In this document: positions 8,511 through 19,122 of the stretch, in pieces
How the letters are laid out: each line of letters opens with the position of its first letter
Numbering within the stretch: position 1 is the stretch's first letter
Virus record (IMG/VR): IMGVR_UViG_3300027816_000052
Location: 62,001-126,000 of that record
Reading direction: 5' to 3' (one strand)
DNA length: 64,000 bases
Notes under the pieces: generated by a model
The model's database searches: none
What the model was told of the DNA's origin: nothing
Seen by the model: only the letters and a program-made list of their open reading frames with translations
Translations under genes and position numbers: made by a program

Positions 8511-10076
8511 TTAGTTAATTCTCACATTTTGATTTAAAATATTATCCGCAGCGTTTCTTATTTTATTTAGAATGTCTTGTGACTGTATTCCAGTTGTGCT
8601 AACAGGAACCGGAGGTAATCCCGGAAATGGATGTACGTGGGTTGTTAAAAACTGAACGATTAAATTTAATAAATCCATTAATTCCTCACCCCTTACCATT
8701 GAATTTGTCTTTGGTAATATTTCTGAATTCATTAGTTCTTGGGAAATTCCATATACCGTTCCATCAATATTTATCTTTCCTTTACTTGGTATTGTGGAAT
8801 TATGTGATAATAAGACCAATTTATCTCCACCCATAATACCGACAGTTTGAGTTAATGGACTTACCGATTTTTCAACATATTCCTCATTTGTAAATTGCAA
8901 TGGTTTACCAAAACTATTTTTTGTATATAATACACCTGTACCAAATATTTTATCAGATGGTTGTAATTTTACATTAGAATAAATATAACTAACATTATTA
9001 AATTGAACCGAATATTGAATTGGGTCTTCGGTTGATATCCATTTATATGTTATTTTATTTGGTCTAAATGCTAACGGAAATACATTTGGTAATGTTATAG
9101 TTACACCTTGTGTTGTTGTAATTCTACCCTCATTATTTAATTTCTTTATTGTATCATTAATGAATTGAGTTGTTAATTCTTTTGTTAAAGAATTAAATTG
9201 AACTGAAGTAACTAGTGTTATATCGCTAGGATTTAATTGCGTATCAACAGTAAACTCAACATTTTTTAGATATTCTATATTATCTTTTAATTGATATAAA
9301 TCAATTGTTCCGGTAAAATTATTAGGTATTGTATTGTTTTCCGGATTAATAATTGACCATTCCAATAAGAATTTAACTTGTGGTGAACCAGTTGTTATTT
9401 TTGTAAGCTTTCTCGTACCAACACTGTTTTCAGTTGTTCTATATGCGGAAAGTTGTAAGAATGATCTTTTATCGTAATATCTAGGAAGTTGATTGATTTT
9501 TTGTGGAATGTTTCTACCTGCTCTTAAAATAACATCATCATCTTTGACGATAATATCACAAGTTCCTCTACCAATAATTGCGTTGTCTCTTGGTTCAGGA
9601 TAAACACCTTTACTGAAATTATTATAATATTCATCAGTTCCCGGTTTTTTAATGTCGGGTAATGGTTTAACTTGCGTACCCTGTGAGGTGTATTTTCTGG
9701 AACTTAAATAACTTTCAAAACTTGATGCAACAGGTGAAGAAAATCCTCCCTGAACGTAATATTTATTTTGATATGGAAATTCTTTATCAGCATAAAAAAT
9801 ATTTACAGATTCCTGAGTTTCAGGTTGTTGATTTATAAAAAATGGTAATAGTGGTAAACATAAAAACGGATCTCTAGTAGTCCACTTATATAATTCTGGA
9901 ATATCTTCTTCAGTATCTTTTGTTGTTTTCTTTAATTCTAAAGCATCGCTCCATACAGCTTGAACAATTTGTACTTTATTGTCTAATTGTGAGACAGCAC
10001 GAATTCTTCCCAATAACAAAGGATCTTTATTATCAATGACAATTGCGGGAAAAATTATTTGATTTTTATTTTTCAT
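8511..10076 (-). CDS. baseplate hub/spike protein (gp5-like N-terminal OB fold)
   Basis: N-terminal VIDNKDPLLLGRIRAV; C-terminal HVHP motif typical of spike tips. Confidence 0.65.
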   Translation of the reverse strand: MKNKNQIIFPAIVIDNKDPLLLGRIRAVSQLDNKVQIVQAVWSDALELKKTTKDTEEDIPELYKWTTRDPFLCLPLLPFFINQQPETQESVNIFYADKEFPYQNKYYVQGGFSSPVASSFESYLSSRKYTSQGTQVKPLPDIKKPGTDEYYNNFSKGVYPEPRDNAIIGRGTCDIIVKDDDVILRAGRNIPQKINQLPRYYDKRSFLQLSAYRTTENSVGTRKLTKITTGSPQVKFLLEWSIINPENNTIPNNFTGTIDLYQLKDNIEYLKNVEFTVDTQLNPSDITLVTSVQFNSLTKELTTQFINDTIKKLNNEGRITTTQGVTITLPNVFPLAFRPNKITYKWISTEDPIQYSVQFNNVSYIYSNVKLQPSDKIFGTGVLYTKNSFGKPLQFTNEEYVEKSVSPLTQTVGIMGGDKLVLLSHNSTIPSKGKINIDGTVYGISQELMNSEILPKTNSMVRGEELMDLLNLIVQFLTTHVHPFPGLPPVPVSTTGIQSQDILNKIRNAADNILNQNVRIN

Positions 10077-10273
10077 TATTTTACTCTAGAAGTATACTCT
10101 GTATGTATTTTATTATAAGTTTCTTCAATTAAATCTAAGTGTTTTGATAATTTAATAATTAAATTTTTTGTCTCTTCAAAATCATTATTTAATGAATCCA
10201 TAGCCATCGTCAAGTCTTTATTTGACGAATTTTTATATTCACTAATTATTGAATTTAATTTTTCTTTATCCAT
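10076..10273 (-). CDS. small coiled-coil hypothetical protein
   Basis: 65-aa ORF coupled within the operon. Confidence 0.65.
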   Translation of the reverse strand: MDKEKLNSIISEYKNSSNKDLTMAMDSLNNDFEETKNLIIKLSKHLDLIEETYNKIHTEYTSRVK

Positions 10274-10278
10274 TTTAA

Positions 10279-12189
10279 TTATGCTTTAATTCCATACAAT
10301 TTTATTGGTGCTGGTGCTGGTAATAAAACATTAACAACACCATTTTGAATGTCTTCGTTTTGCACTCCAGTGATTTCAGCAAATTTTGATGCTAACATTA
10401 AATTTGGACTACCATCTGGCATCGGTCCTGTTGGTAGTCCTAATCTTTGATATTCAGTGATAACATTTGTAAATGCTCTAGAATTGTCAAAGCCGGGTCT
10501 TAGTGGTGCCGCAGCTAAAAGAGGTGTTGGTATATAAAAAGGAGTACTTCTTGTTGCTAATGATAAAATTTGTAATATCTCATCAACAACACTCTTACAT
10601 CTTCTATAATCAGAAACTAAATTTGCAACGACTAACGCTAATTCAATTAAAGATAAAATCATAGCATATCTTTTAGTAATGGCATTTCTTGCTAAATCAC
10701 CAATAATCGCTTGCACTAAAATTCTTAAATCTTTTACTATAATATCAAACAATTCTTTAACAAAAATTGCAAAAATTTTAGAGGTTAAATTAACCATTAA
10801 TTTAATATTCTTTTTTATAAATTCGGTTAAATTGGTGAACTCATAAACAAATGTTTTACCTAATGCTAATGACATAACAACAAAAGGAAAAAGAATTTTT
10901 GGTGTTAAAAGTGCTAAAACAACCGCTCTAGGTAATGATTTTAATATATCTGTATTAATACTAACTTCTAGTCCTGTCGGTAAAGTAATACCGCCCCATC
11001 CTTGGCTTTGTAATAAAGTCTGAGTTAATGAATCTGTTATATTATCTTCAGCATTTGGGTCCGAAACAAAGTTCATTTGATTAATTAAATCAAATAAAGA
11101 ATCGATATCCACAGGAAATTTAACATTATCACAATCAGTAAATTCAACAACACCTAACTGAATATCTGATATTCTAGCATCAATAGTTCTTAAATCAATT
11201 TCCGTTAATTCAAAAAAACTTTGGTCAATTGCGTCAACTTCTGGTGTTTTTGCAATTCCGCTAACATCAATTTCACGATTAAAATCAAAACATAACCCTA
11301 AAATTCTTTGCAAACGAAGTAAAAATTTACTTTGTTCCTCCATATCCGACATAAGTTTAATTGATATTGCGCCAGTCAATATTTCAATAATTTGAGCTAA
11401 GATATTTTTCGACTCAATCACTTTTATTTTTCTAAAGTAGTCAGCAAAAAATTCGGATACTTTTGGGTTTGGTCTATTACCCAATGTAACAATAAACGAT
11501 TCGGTTTGATAATTAAATGGTGGTGGTAATGTTGCTGTTGGGTTAAAGGTAATATCAAATAATGATTGATTAGAGTAACCTAAATAGGATGAACCAAAAT
11601 TCTGATTAAAATAATTAGGGTTTGTGTTTTGTGTTGCATAATAAAAACTTCTATTTAAACTGAACGGTGATGTTCCAATCGATGTACTATCCGATTTTTC
11701 ATAAAAAAGTTTACCAGTTACTGAATTCGGTTCTTGTTTAAGTTGTTTAAATAAATCAATCGACCAAAGAGGTACTGTGACCTGTATTCCCTGTTGATAT
11801 TCTTCTTGCTCAGAACAACCAAGAGCATTTATCATCTCATCCTGTAAAAGTTTCATTATTTTTGGACTACTTCTATTTGCTGAAGCAATTAATGCTTTTT
11901 TAATATAGTTAAGTGTTGTTGAGTTACCCTGAGCACCTCTTCCGTTCGGATTAAATTTCGCAAAATCTAAAAGTCTATCAAATTGATTTTTTACCTCCTG
12001 TTCATATTTTTTAGTCACGTTACTTAACCCATCCGGTAAGCCTTTATTAACGAGCCTATCGGCCTGTGTTAAGTTATTACCAGCGGACTTTTTTAAACTT
12101 TTAATATCGTCAGTGACTTGCTTATATGTTGCATAAGCCTTACTCTTCTCTTCAACTTCCCTATAAGAGCTTTCTAAATCTGCCGCCAT
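10279..12189 (-). CDS. putative structural protein
   Basis: 636-aa ORF in the late-motif-led operon with the gp5-like gene. Confidence 0.5.
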   Translation of the reverse strand: MAADLESSYREVEEKSKAYATYKQVTDDIKSLKKSAGNNLTQADRLVNKGLPDGLSNVTKKYEQEVKNQFDRLLDFAKFNPNGRGAQGNSTTLNYIKKALIASANRSSPKIMKLLQDEMINALGCSEQEEYQQGIQVTVPLWSIDLFKQLKQEPNSVTGKLFYEKSDSTSIGTSPFSLNRSFYYATQNTNPNYFNQNFGSSYLGYSNQSLFDITFNPTATLPPPFNYQTESFIVTLGNRPNPKVSEFFADYFRKIKVIESKNILAQIIEILTGAISIKLMSDMEEQSKFLLRLQRILGLCFDFNREIDVSGIAKTPEVDAIDQSFFELTEIDLRTIDARISDIQLGVVEFTDCDNVKFPVDIDSLFDLINQMNFVSDPNAEDNITDSLTQTLLQSQGWGGITLPTGLEVSINTDILKSLPRAVVLALLTPKILFPFVVMSLALGKTFVYEFTNLTEFIKKNIKLMVNLTSKIFAIFVKELFDIIVKDLRILVQAIIGDLARNAITKRYAMILSLIELALVVANLVSDYRRCKSVVDEILQILSLATRSTPFYIPTPLLAAAPLRPGFDNSRAFTNVITEYQRLGLPTGPMPDGSPNLMLASKFAEITGVQNEDIQNGVVNVLLPAPAPIKLYGIKA

Positions 12190-12198
12190 AATAAATAA

Positions 12199-12567
12199 TT
12201 ATTTTAACTTATATGACGTATTGTCAGAAATATTCTCAATATCTTTTTTCATTAAGTTTTCAATTAATGTTGGATCAATGTCAGCTAAATTATAATCCTC
12301 TTGTTTTCCGGAGCTTTTTTCCCAAATGGACGCTTGTAATTTAGCTAAGGATAGTTTTTTTTCAACAACATCATTAATTATTTTTTGTTGTTTTTCAATA
12401 ACCGGCCCAATCGTTTGCATGTCCTCAGGATCCTTTAACATTACCAACATTTTATTTTGAATTCTAATAGCGGTATTTCTCTGCTCAACGAGTTCGTTGT
12501 AGATTTCCTGCATCATTGCAAGAATCGATTCCTTTGTTAGATTTATTTCTTTTTTCTTCCCTGACAT
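12199..12567 (-). CDS. hypothetical coiled-coil protein
   Basis: 122-aa ORF with ATATTTAT directly upstream. Confidence 0.65.
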   Translation of the reverse strand: MSGKKKEINLTKESILAMMQEIYNELVEQRNTAIRIQNKMLVMLKDPEDMQTIGPVIEKQQKIINDVVEKKLSLAKLQASIWEKSSGKQEDYNLADIDPTLIENLMKKDIENISDNTSYKLK

Positions 12568-12578
12568 AATTATAAATA

Positions 12579-13310
12579 TTAGTCTAACATATTTTTTAAA
12601 GTACCATTATATAGTATTTTAAACTTCTTTATTGAAATTCGTATTTCTTTTGTTGATAAATTTGTTAGTTCTCTTAGTGTTAATAAAATTAAATTTTTAT
12701 TAAATTTATTATTTCTTGTTTCATAAAATAAAGATTGATAATTTGAAAATAACTCTATTAGACCATATGCTAATTTTTTTTCATTCTCATTTAGATTTGA
12801 ATTTTCCGCAAAATTGATTAAATCAGATAAATATGTTTTAACAATATCTTCTTCATCAATTTCATAATTCTCTATTAAATAAGACATTTCATAATTATTC
12901 TCTAGACTACTACATACATCTTCATAAGAAATTTTTTTATTTTTTTCTTTCTGATCTTTAATGATTTGACCCATTAAATAATTTTTACAAATTGTGCCAA
13001 AATAAGAATATGCTTTCTTTTCTCTTGACGGTTTGAATTTATCAACTTTAGTCATTAAAAAAGAATGTGTGTCTGTATGAATTTCTTTAAAATCCATATC
13101 TTTTCTATATAACTTATATCTTCTTATGATAGAAGATATCATTTTGTCAAGAGGGTGTCTTAAATACTCGTTGTATATCTTATTCTTTTCTTCAATTGTT
13201 GTTGCGGATAAGAACACTCTAACCGCGTGTTCTTGTTCCTCACCAAAATAATTTTCTTTTTCTATTTGTTCACCTCCTGTTTTAGTAACCTTTTTTGGTT
13301 TTACAGGCAT
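12579..13310 (-). CDS. late-transcription sigma factor, T4 gp55-like
   Basis: NYFG...KFKPSREKKAYSYFGTICKNYL...IIKD resembles sigma region 2 of the gp55 family (NFDP.K..NPFAYFTQI). Confidence 0.7.
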   Translation of the reverse strand: MPVKPKKVTKTGGEQIEKENYFGEEQEHAVRVFLSATTIEEKNKIYNEYLRHPLDKMISSIIRRYKLYRKDMDFKEIHTDTHSFLMTKVDKFKPSREKKAYSYFGTICKNYLMGQIIKDQKEKNKKISYEDVCSSLENNYEMSYLIENYEIDEEDIVKTYLSDLINFAENSNLNENEKKLAYGLIELFSNYQSLFYETRNNKFNKNLILLTLRELTNLSTKEIRISIKKFKILYNGTLKNMLD

Positions 13311-14116
13311 TAAACTTCTTGTTGTTCATATTTTATGCTTCTATCTTTTGTGAAGAAATATTCTTTTTTAGCAATATTCACCCAGAATTTAACCTCGTCT
13401 TCAGTAAGGACATTTTCACCATTCTTATAATTCCAAAAAATAGAACCTTCTCTTAAATTAATGTGTTTATAACCAACTCTAGGTATAGTCATTATTTTTG
13501 CTGAGTTATATGTCATTCTTAACAAGAACTCATAAACGAAGGTTAATTTCATTGATGCTTTGAACATTCCAAATTCCATTACTTTGTCACGTTTAATAAC
13601 CATTCCAGATGTTTGGAAATTTTGATAATTTTGTAATGTTTCATTTGTTAAAATACCCATTTCCATTGCAAAGTTCGCAGCAAATGTTGCTTCATTCGTG
13701 AAACCCGCAAAAGTACCCTTCGAGTCAACATCAACAACAATTGGAAGAAATGCTTGAACATCTGGATAGATTTCAGCATATTTCTTAACATTTTTAAACC
13801 AAATGCTAGAGTATTCATCATCAAATTCAAAAAATGAAACCCATTCAGATGATGACGATTCAATACCTAAGTTAACTTGGGATGCAAAGTTTGGAGTTTC
13901 GTTATATTCAACAAGTTTAACATTTAACTCACCAAAATCAGTTTCTTTTAGTTTACCAACTAACTGTTCCTCAGTTGTATGTACGATAATTAATTCGTTA
14001 ATACCAACTTGTTGTGTCTGTAATGATTTAATTGCTTTTTCAAAATATTCATTAAAATCTTTTACCAAAGCTGATTTAATTGGTAAAATGACGGATACGT
14101 TTAATTTGTTTTCCAT
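13310..14116 (-). CDS. glycosyltransferase, GT2-like
   Basis: VSVILPI...AIKSL...N.G......WVSFFEFDD (GT-A fold pattern). Confidence 0.7.
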   Translation of the reverse strand: MENKLNVSVILPIKSALVKDFNEYFEKAIKSLQTQQVGINELIIVHTTEEQLVGKLKETDFGELNVKLVEYNETPNFASQVNLGIESSSSEWVSFFEFDDEYSSIWFKNVKKYAEIYPDVQAFLPIVVDVDSKGTFAGFTNEATFAANFAMEMGILTNETLQNYQNFQTSGMVIKRDKVMEFGMFKASMKLTFVYEFLLRMTYNSAKIMTIPRVGYKHINLREGSIFWNYKNGENVLTEDEVKFWVNIAKKEYFFTKDRSIKYEQQEV

Positions 14117-14117
14117 G

Positions 14118-15185
14118 TTATGCTTCGACTGTTTCGTTAAGTTTATTTAATTGTGAGACAAATGATTCCTTTCTTGAATTTAAATAAGAATCAAAAAGTT
14201 CAATTACTTTATTATCAAACTTTTCAGCATCTGAGAATTGTGCTGCGGTTTTTTCAATTTCATCAAATAGTTCTGGTTTAATATTATCTTCAATCCAGTT
14301 TTGAACAAAATCAGCGGTAATATCAGCTAACTGTGTTGGGTTTTCCAACCAAATACCATTTTCTTCTTTCATCCAAGAAGGAACCAAATTTGGGACTTGT
14401 CCAATAACCGGAACACCAACCTTCATTGACTCCAATGGGAATGTACCAAAAGCACTTGTTGGGTCAATCCAAACGGAAAGGAAGCAATCTTTCAATCCAT
14501 TTGCGAATTCTTTTTCAGTTAAACCTCTTAAATCTCTAAATGTGACCCATCTAAACTGGGGATATTTTAAGTAGAATGTTTTAATGAAATTTAAACCATC
14601 TCTTTGCTCTCTAGCATGTACAGCAACAATCGGTTTTGCGGGAAGAGTTGCTTTTTCAAAAGTGTCGGGAATATATGGTTCCAAAATATCAATTGAAGCG
14701 GTTTTCATTATTTTTGAAATGAAATCCTTTTGAGTTTCAGAAGTTGTAATACACTTAACAAAACCATATTGCATCCAAGTTGCACCCGGTTGTAGTGTTT
14801 CCATCATATGGTCATATGCTTGACAAAGAACAATTTTACCGCAAGGTAAGTTTTTAACTTGGTCCATAACGAAAGCAAATATTTCCGGAATTACAAGATA
14901 ATCTTCGGGTGAAATTTCTAAGCTAGTACCCTCAATAGATTTGTGTGGAAGTTCCTTCATATAATCATCACCCAACCAATTTGCAACACCAACATAATCG
15001 GGTTTTTCATGAAGAATTATTGCATTATAACCCGCTCTTTTTAAGGTTAACGCCATTTGATAAATATATCTAATGGAACCTTTAGCATTTCCTTTAGTAT
15101 CTTGAACAAAGAAATAAATTTTAGAATTTTTTTGTTCTATATTTGAAATAGAATTTTTTAATTTTTCAACAACACTATTATCCAT
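14118..15185 (-). CDS. glycosyltransferase, GT-B/GT4-like
   Basis: LVIPEI...; SAFGTFPLESMKVGVPVIG motif. Confidence 0.7.
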   Translation of the reverse strand: MDNSVVEKLKNSISNIEQKNSKIYFFVQDTKGNAKGSIRYIYQMALTLKRAGYNAIILHEKPDYVGVANWLGDDYMKELPHKSIEGTSLEISPEDYLVIPEIFAFVMDQVKNLPCGKIVLCQAYDHMMETLQPGATWMQYGFVKCITTSETQKDFISKIMKTASIDILEPYIPDTFEKATLPAKPIVAVHAREQRDGLNFIKTFYLKYPQFRWVTFRDLRGLTEKEFANGLKDCFLSVWIDPTSAFGTFPLESMKVGVPVIGQVPNLVPSWMKEENGIWLENPTQLADITADFVQNWIEDNIKPELFDEIEKTAAQFSDAEKFDNKVIELFDSYLNSRKESFVSQLNKLNETVEA

Positions 15186-15186
15186 A

Positions 15187-15447
15187 TTAAATTTTGTTAA
15201 GTATTTTATGTTTTATTAATGTATTAAAAGCTAGCTTAAAGGGAATAGAAATTGATTGTCCTTTTAAACCTAATGTTTCATCAATTTGTTCTTCATTAGA
15301 AAGAATGACTTCAATCATCGCTTTAATAACTTCAAATTTAACCGCGCTTATACTGAGTTCAGTTCCACCAGATACGCTTGGTAATGCGACATATTCATCA
15401 AATTGGTCTATGTCAATGTAATATGCGTCTCCAAAAAGTTTAATCAT
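15187..15447 (-). CDS. hypothetical protein
   Basis: 86-aa ORF within the operon. Confidence 0.65.
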   Translation of the reverse strand: MIKLFGDAYYIDIDQFDEYVALPSVSGGTELSISAVKFEVIKAMIEVILSNEEQIDETLGLKGQSISIPFKLAFNTLIKHKILNKI

Positions 15448-16108
15448 TTTTTAATGTTTTAATAATTCCTTCCAATTCCTTAATTTTATTTATTTCGTAT
15501 TTTGAAGGAATATGTTTATTATATTCTTGATTGAATTTTATAACTGTTTTGTTGGATGGGTGATTTACGAGTAAGTCAGGGTTAGCTGTGATTAGAACAT
15601 CAATTTCATCCCACATTGAATTGATTGTGGAATTACTGTAAAATCTTATGGTCTCAATTAAGCAACCAAACTTGGACAAAAAGAATAATGAAGCTGGTTT
15701 TGATTTACCGATTTCATCTGAAACAATAACCAAATCATGTTCATCTCGCAAATTTCGATAAATATCATTTAAATCATTAAATGAGAAGTATTCAATAGAG
15801 GGCGCATGACCAAATATTTGCATGGGAAATTCTTCGTACATAAATGAGTATAATTCATCATCATTTCTAAATGCGAAATGTTCTTTAAGATTTAAAGACG
15901 TTATTGGTCTTTTTATTTCATAGGTAAAGTTATCTTCAGCACTTACTTCGGTAAATGTTGCTTCATCAGTATCTAAACTGGACTCACCTTCATGTTGTTT
16001 TAATGGTTGTTCTTCAACATCTTGCTCAAGATAGGTTTTTTCATAGATTTGAACAATCTTACCAAGAGTATCTCTTAAAACACCATTTAATTCAATACCA
16101 ATTCTCAT
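15440..16108 (-). CDS. 5'(3')-deoxyribonucleotidase-like HAD-fold protein with degenerate motif I
   Basis: RIGIELNGVLRD (vs DxDGV), DVLITANP (vs DxLIDD), YNKH at the C-terminus. Confidence 0.55.
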   Translation of the reverse strand: MRIGIELNGVLRDTLGKIVQIYEKTYLEQDVEEQPLKQHEGESSLDTDEATFTEVSAEDNFTYEIKRPITSLNLKEHFAFRNDDELYSFMYEEFPMQIFGHAPSIEYFSFNDLNDIYRNLRDEHDLVIVSDEIGKSKPASLFFLSKFGCLIETIRFYSNSTINSMWDEIDVLITANPDLLVNHPSNKTVIKFNQEYNKHIPSKYEINKIKELEGIIKTLKND

Positions 16109-16241
16109 TAATACTTTTTATGAAAAATTAAAAAGTAATTTTAATAACTAAATAGTTATTATTTGTAAAACGATATTTTTCTATTTATATCTAAAATATA
16201 ATTTTTATTTTATATTAAAAATAAACATATAATTTATAATT

Positions 16242-16535
16242 ATGGAAAAAATTGAACAGCATGAACTGTCTTTAAAAATTAAAGCGATGTTTAATGATGA
16301 ACGTAACAAGACAAAAAAAGAAGAAAGACCTGAATTCTTATTTTGTAATCACACAAAGGAAGTTAAACAAGTTTTAATTGATTCAGCGGATGTTATTTTT
16401 AATAAGTTACTTGATAGTTTATCTTATTGCGATGAGGGAACAATTAGAAATAACTTAAATTCATTTATAAATGATTTGGTTTTGTATGTAGAAAAAGAAG
16501 TTAATGCTATTCTTATTGAAGAAAAGAAAATTTAA
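16242..16535 (+). CDS. hypothetical protein
   Basis: 97-aa ORF followed by a terminator. Confidence 0.55.
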   Translation: MEKIEQHELSLKIKAMFNDERNKTKKEERPEFLFCNHTKEVKQVLIDSADVIFNKLLDSLSYCDEGTIRNNLNSFINDLVLYVEKEVNAILIEEKKI

Positions 16536-16552
16536 TAAAAAAGTTTAAAAAC

Positions 16553-16590
16553 AAAAAATAAATCCCATAAATTGTGGGATTTATTTTTTT
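16553..16590. terminator. bidirectional intrinsic terminator
   Basis: aaaaaataaatcccat-aaatt-gtgggatttattttttt between convergent genes. Confidence 0.75.
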
Positions 16591-16608
16591 AGAAAAACGA
16601 AGCAAAAA

Positions 16609-18429
16609 TTAAGATTGGTATCTTTTTAATATTTTGGATATTATAGGATTTCTGACAATATCTTCTTCGGTAAATTCAAATAATCCGATTTCATCAATAT
16701 TTTGTAATCTTTTCATTGCATCATATAAACCCGATTTTTCTAATTGTTTAAATTTATCAGATTGCTCAACATCACCAATTATAAAGAATTTACTATTATG
16801 ACCTATTCTTGTTAAAATAAGTTTCATTTCCGCAGGTGTACAGTTTTGACTTTCTTCAAGAAGTAAAATTGAATTTTCAACCGAAATTCCGCGAATAAAT
16901 GAAATTGACATAACTTCAATTATGTTAAAAAACTCTAATTTACCAGCAACACCTTCACCTAATATTTTATTTAATAAATAAAATGATGCGTACATATATG
17001 GGTTCATTTTTTCTCGTTCATTTCCCGGAAGCGAACCTAACCTGCTTTCACCACCCTCTACGGCTGGTCGTATAATTATAATTTTTTCATATGGTGTTGT
17101 GGGATCTAATATTAATTCTATTGCAGTTCTTAATGTGAGGTGTGAATTATGTGTAACTATAAAATTATCCGTTAAATAAAGACCTTTTTCTGAATTAACA
17201 GTAATACATTTAGCTTCTTTATTACCAATAAATTCAACATTTGTTATATATCGTTTTGGTAAATATCTACTTTTTGGTTTGACCAATTTTAATTTTCTTT
17301 TTAATCTAAAAGGAGTAATTTCGTTTGGTAAACAAATACATAATTCGTATGCTAATAATCCCATAATTTTTTCGCCTTCTTTATTTCTATAAAATGGTTG
17401 TTTTAACCATCTTTTAACAACACCACCTAAACTATTAACTAAAAAAACCATATCATCTGCTAATTTTTTAGATGTGGTTGTAAAAAATACTGAACCAGAT
17501 TTTGAATCTACTGTACCGTCAGTATCCATTAGACCTTGTAATAGAGAAATTCTATTTTCAATCGAATTGAACATATATTCATAAGGTATAAATTTATTTT
17601 CACTTTTTTTATAAAGTAAATTTAATTGGTTTAGCTCATTCAAAAATTCGTTTTTCCCGTTCTCACCAATAATTGAATATTTATATTTACCTTTTGGTTT
17701 GTTTAGGTGAATATTTTCTGGAATTAAAGCTTTTATGTTCTCAACAATTTCATTATCTGCACATGTAAACGTAATGTATTGTGTTAATCCCCCATCACCA
17801 ATAAGTACCCCCAATATATATGGGTCAATTAATAATTTTTGTTCATTAAATTGAACAGGTTTTGTAACTGGAATTGAATGATTTTTATCACCTCTTTTTG
17901 TTGTTAATGTTTCTTTAATTTTTTTTAGTGTTTTAACACTATAATCTTTTGGTGAAGAAATTCTTTTATTTAATCTATTTTCACCGACTCGTTTTCTGGC
18001 ATTTCTCTCATAATAAGTTTTTGTATACCATAAATGATCTTCACATGATTCGGTAAAAGTACCGTCATTAAATAATACTCTATAAATCGGCTTTTCCCCT
18101 TGTGGATGAACCGCAATAACCTCAACCGGGTTTCCATTTTCATCAATAACAAAATCTCCTACGACTATATCACCCATATTAACCATTCCGGTGGGTGTAA
18201 TTATTTTGGCATCAATTGGTTGTGCTTTTCCTGTACCAGCACTTCCTGAACAAATTGTAATTTCTTTTTCTTTTAAGAGTTGATAAAATTTTTTTTGGTT
18301 TTCGTTTAAAAATTTTTCTTTTGGTCTTTTTGTTATGATATTAGCAATTAAATCTTTCTTATTTATTTCCTTTGGTTCTTCAGGAACTTGATTTACCGTT
18401 TTTGGTTTTGCTTTTTGTTTTGCTGGCAT
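16609..18429 (-). CDS. phoH: PhoH-family ATPase interrupted by an intein
   Basis: GSAGTGK P-loop, IIIIRPAVE, LGSLPG..EKM.PY, IRG...LEESQN..., LTRIG..SK..I.GD..Q.D, VRNP. Confidence 0.92.
   Translation of the reverse strand: MPAKQKAKPKTVNQVPEEPKEINKKDLIANIITKRPKEKFLNENQKKFYQLLKEKEITICSGSAGTGKAQPIDAKIITPTGMVNMGDIVVGDFVIDENGNPVEVIAVHPQGEKPIYRVLFNDGTFTESCEDHLWYTKTYYERNARKRVGENRLNKRISSPKDYSVKTLKKIKETLTTKRGDKNHSIPVTKPVQFNEQKLLIDPYILGVLIGDGGLTQYITFTCADNEIVENIKALIPENIHLNKPKGKYKYSIIGENGKNEFLNELNQLNLLYKKSENKFIPYEYMFNSIENRISLLQGLMDTDGTVDSKSGSVFFTTTSKKLADDMVFLVNSLGGVVKRWLKQPFYRNKEGEKIMGLLAYELCICLPNEITPFRLKRKLKLVKPKSRYLPKRYITNVEFIGNKEAKCITVNSEKGLYLTDNFIVTHNSHLTLRTAIELILDPTTPYEKIIIIRPAVEGGESRLGSLPGNEREKMNPYMYASFYLLNKILGEGVAGKLEFFNIIEVMSISFIRGISVENSILLLEESQNCTPAEMKLILTRIGHNSKFFIIGDVEQSDKFKQLEKSGLYDAMKRLQNIDEIGLFEFTEEDIVRNPIISKILKRYQS
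17146..18225 (-). mobile_element. class 3 intein (360 aa) with LAGLIDADG homing endonuclease
   Basis: Inserted after the P-loop GK; starts with Ala (AQP), ends THN followed by Ser; W in block B (DHLW), C in block F (AKCITV), T in block G (VTHN); LAGLIDADG motifs LGVLIGDG and LQGLMDTDG. Confidence 0.9.
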
Positions 18430-18516
18430 TAAATTTTTTGATTTTTTTAATTATTATTTATATATAAATATAAATCAAAACTAAAGTAATAAAAATTATT
18501 ACTAATGTTTTTTTAT

Positions 18517-19119
18517 TTAATTTTTAAACTTATATAAACATAAACCAACGGAATCAAATTTTAAATTATCAAAATTTGAATTTTTTTTGTTTGCATGAAG
18601 TTGTTCTTGTAAAATCCATTTTTTAGATTTTTCCATGTAATCTTTTATGATTATGGATTTGGTTGAATAACCTTTATCATACGGTCTATAATAATCCCAA
18701 TCATGCATACAAAAATATGTTCCATCTTCTATATTTTGCTCTAATAATATGATATCATCATATGCTATATTTGGGTCTTCAGGTCCGTCAAACATTATAA
18801 AGTTGGGCTTAATATTTGATTCTAATAAATTGACGAGCATTTTTTGTGACTGCTCTTTAAAATACTTTACAAATGGAAATTCATTAAAAAACTCTTCTGT
18901 TGGTTTTCTTATTGGATCACAAGTAAAAATTTTCGAATTTAAATTATTATTTTTTATTGATTGAGATATAAAATAAGTAGAACCTCCACCGTCACCAGTA
19001 CCAACCTCAAAAATAATATTAGGTTTTATTTCCGAAATCCAATTATATAATTTATATCTTTCATATGGTAACATTTCACCATTATATGTTATTTCTCTAA
19101 AATTTATTTTTTCATCCAT
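18517..19119 (-). CDS. class I SAM methyltransferase (Methyltransf_24-like)
   Basis: IFEVGTGDGGGST...FIMFDG...MHDW. Confidence 0.75.
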   Translation of the reverse strand: MDEKINFREITYNGEMLPYERYKLYNWISEIKPNIIFEVGTGDGGGSTYFISQSIKNNNLNSKIFTCDPIRKPTEEFFNEFPFVKYFKEQSQKMLVNLLESNIKPNFIMFDGPEDPNIAYDDIILLEQNIEDGTYFCMHDWDYYRPYDKGYSTKSIIIKDYMEKSKKWILQEQLHANKKNSNFDNLKFDSVGLCLYKFKN

Positions 19120-19122
19120 ACT

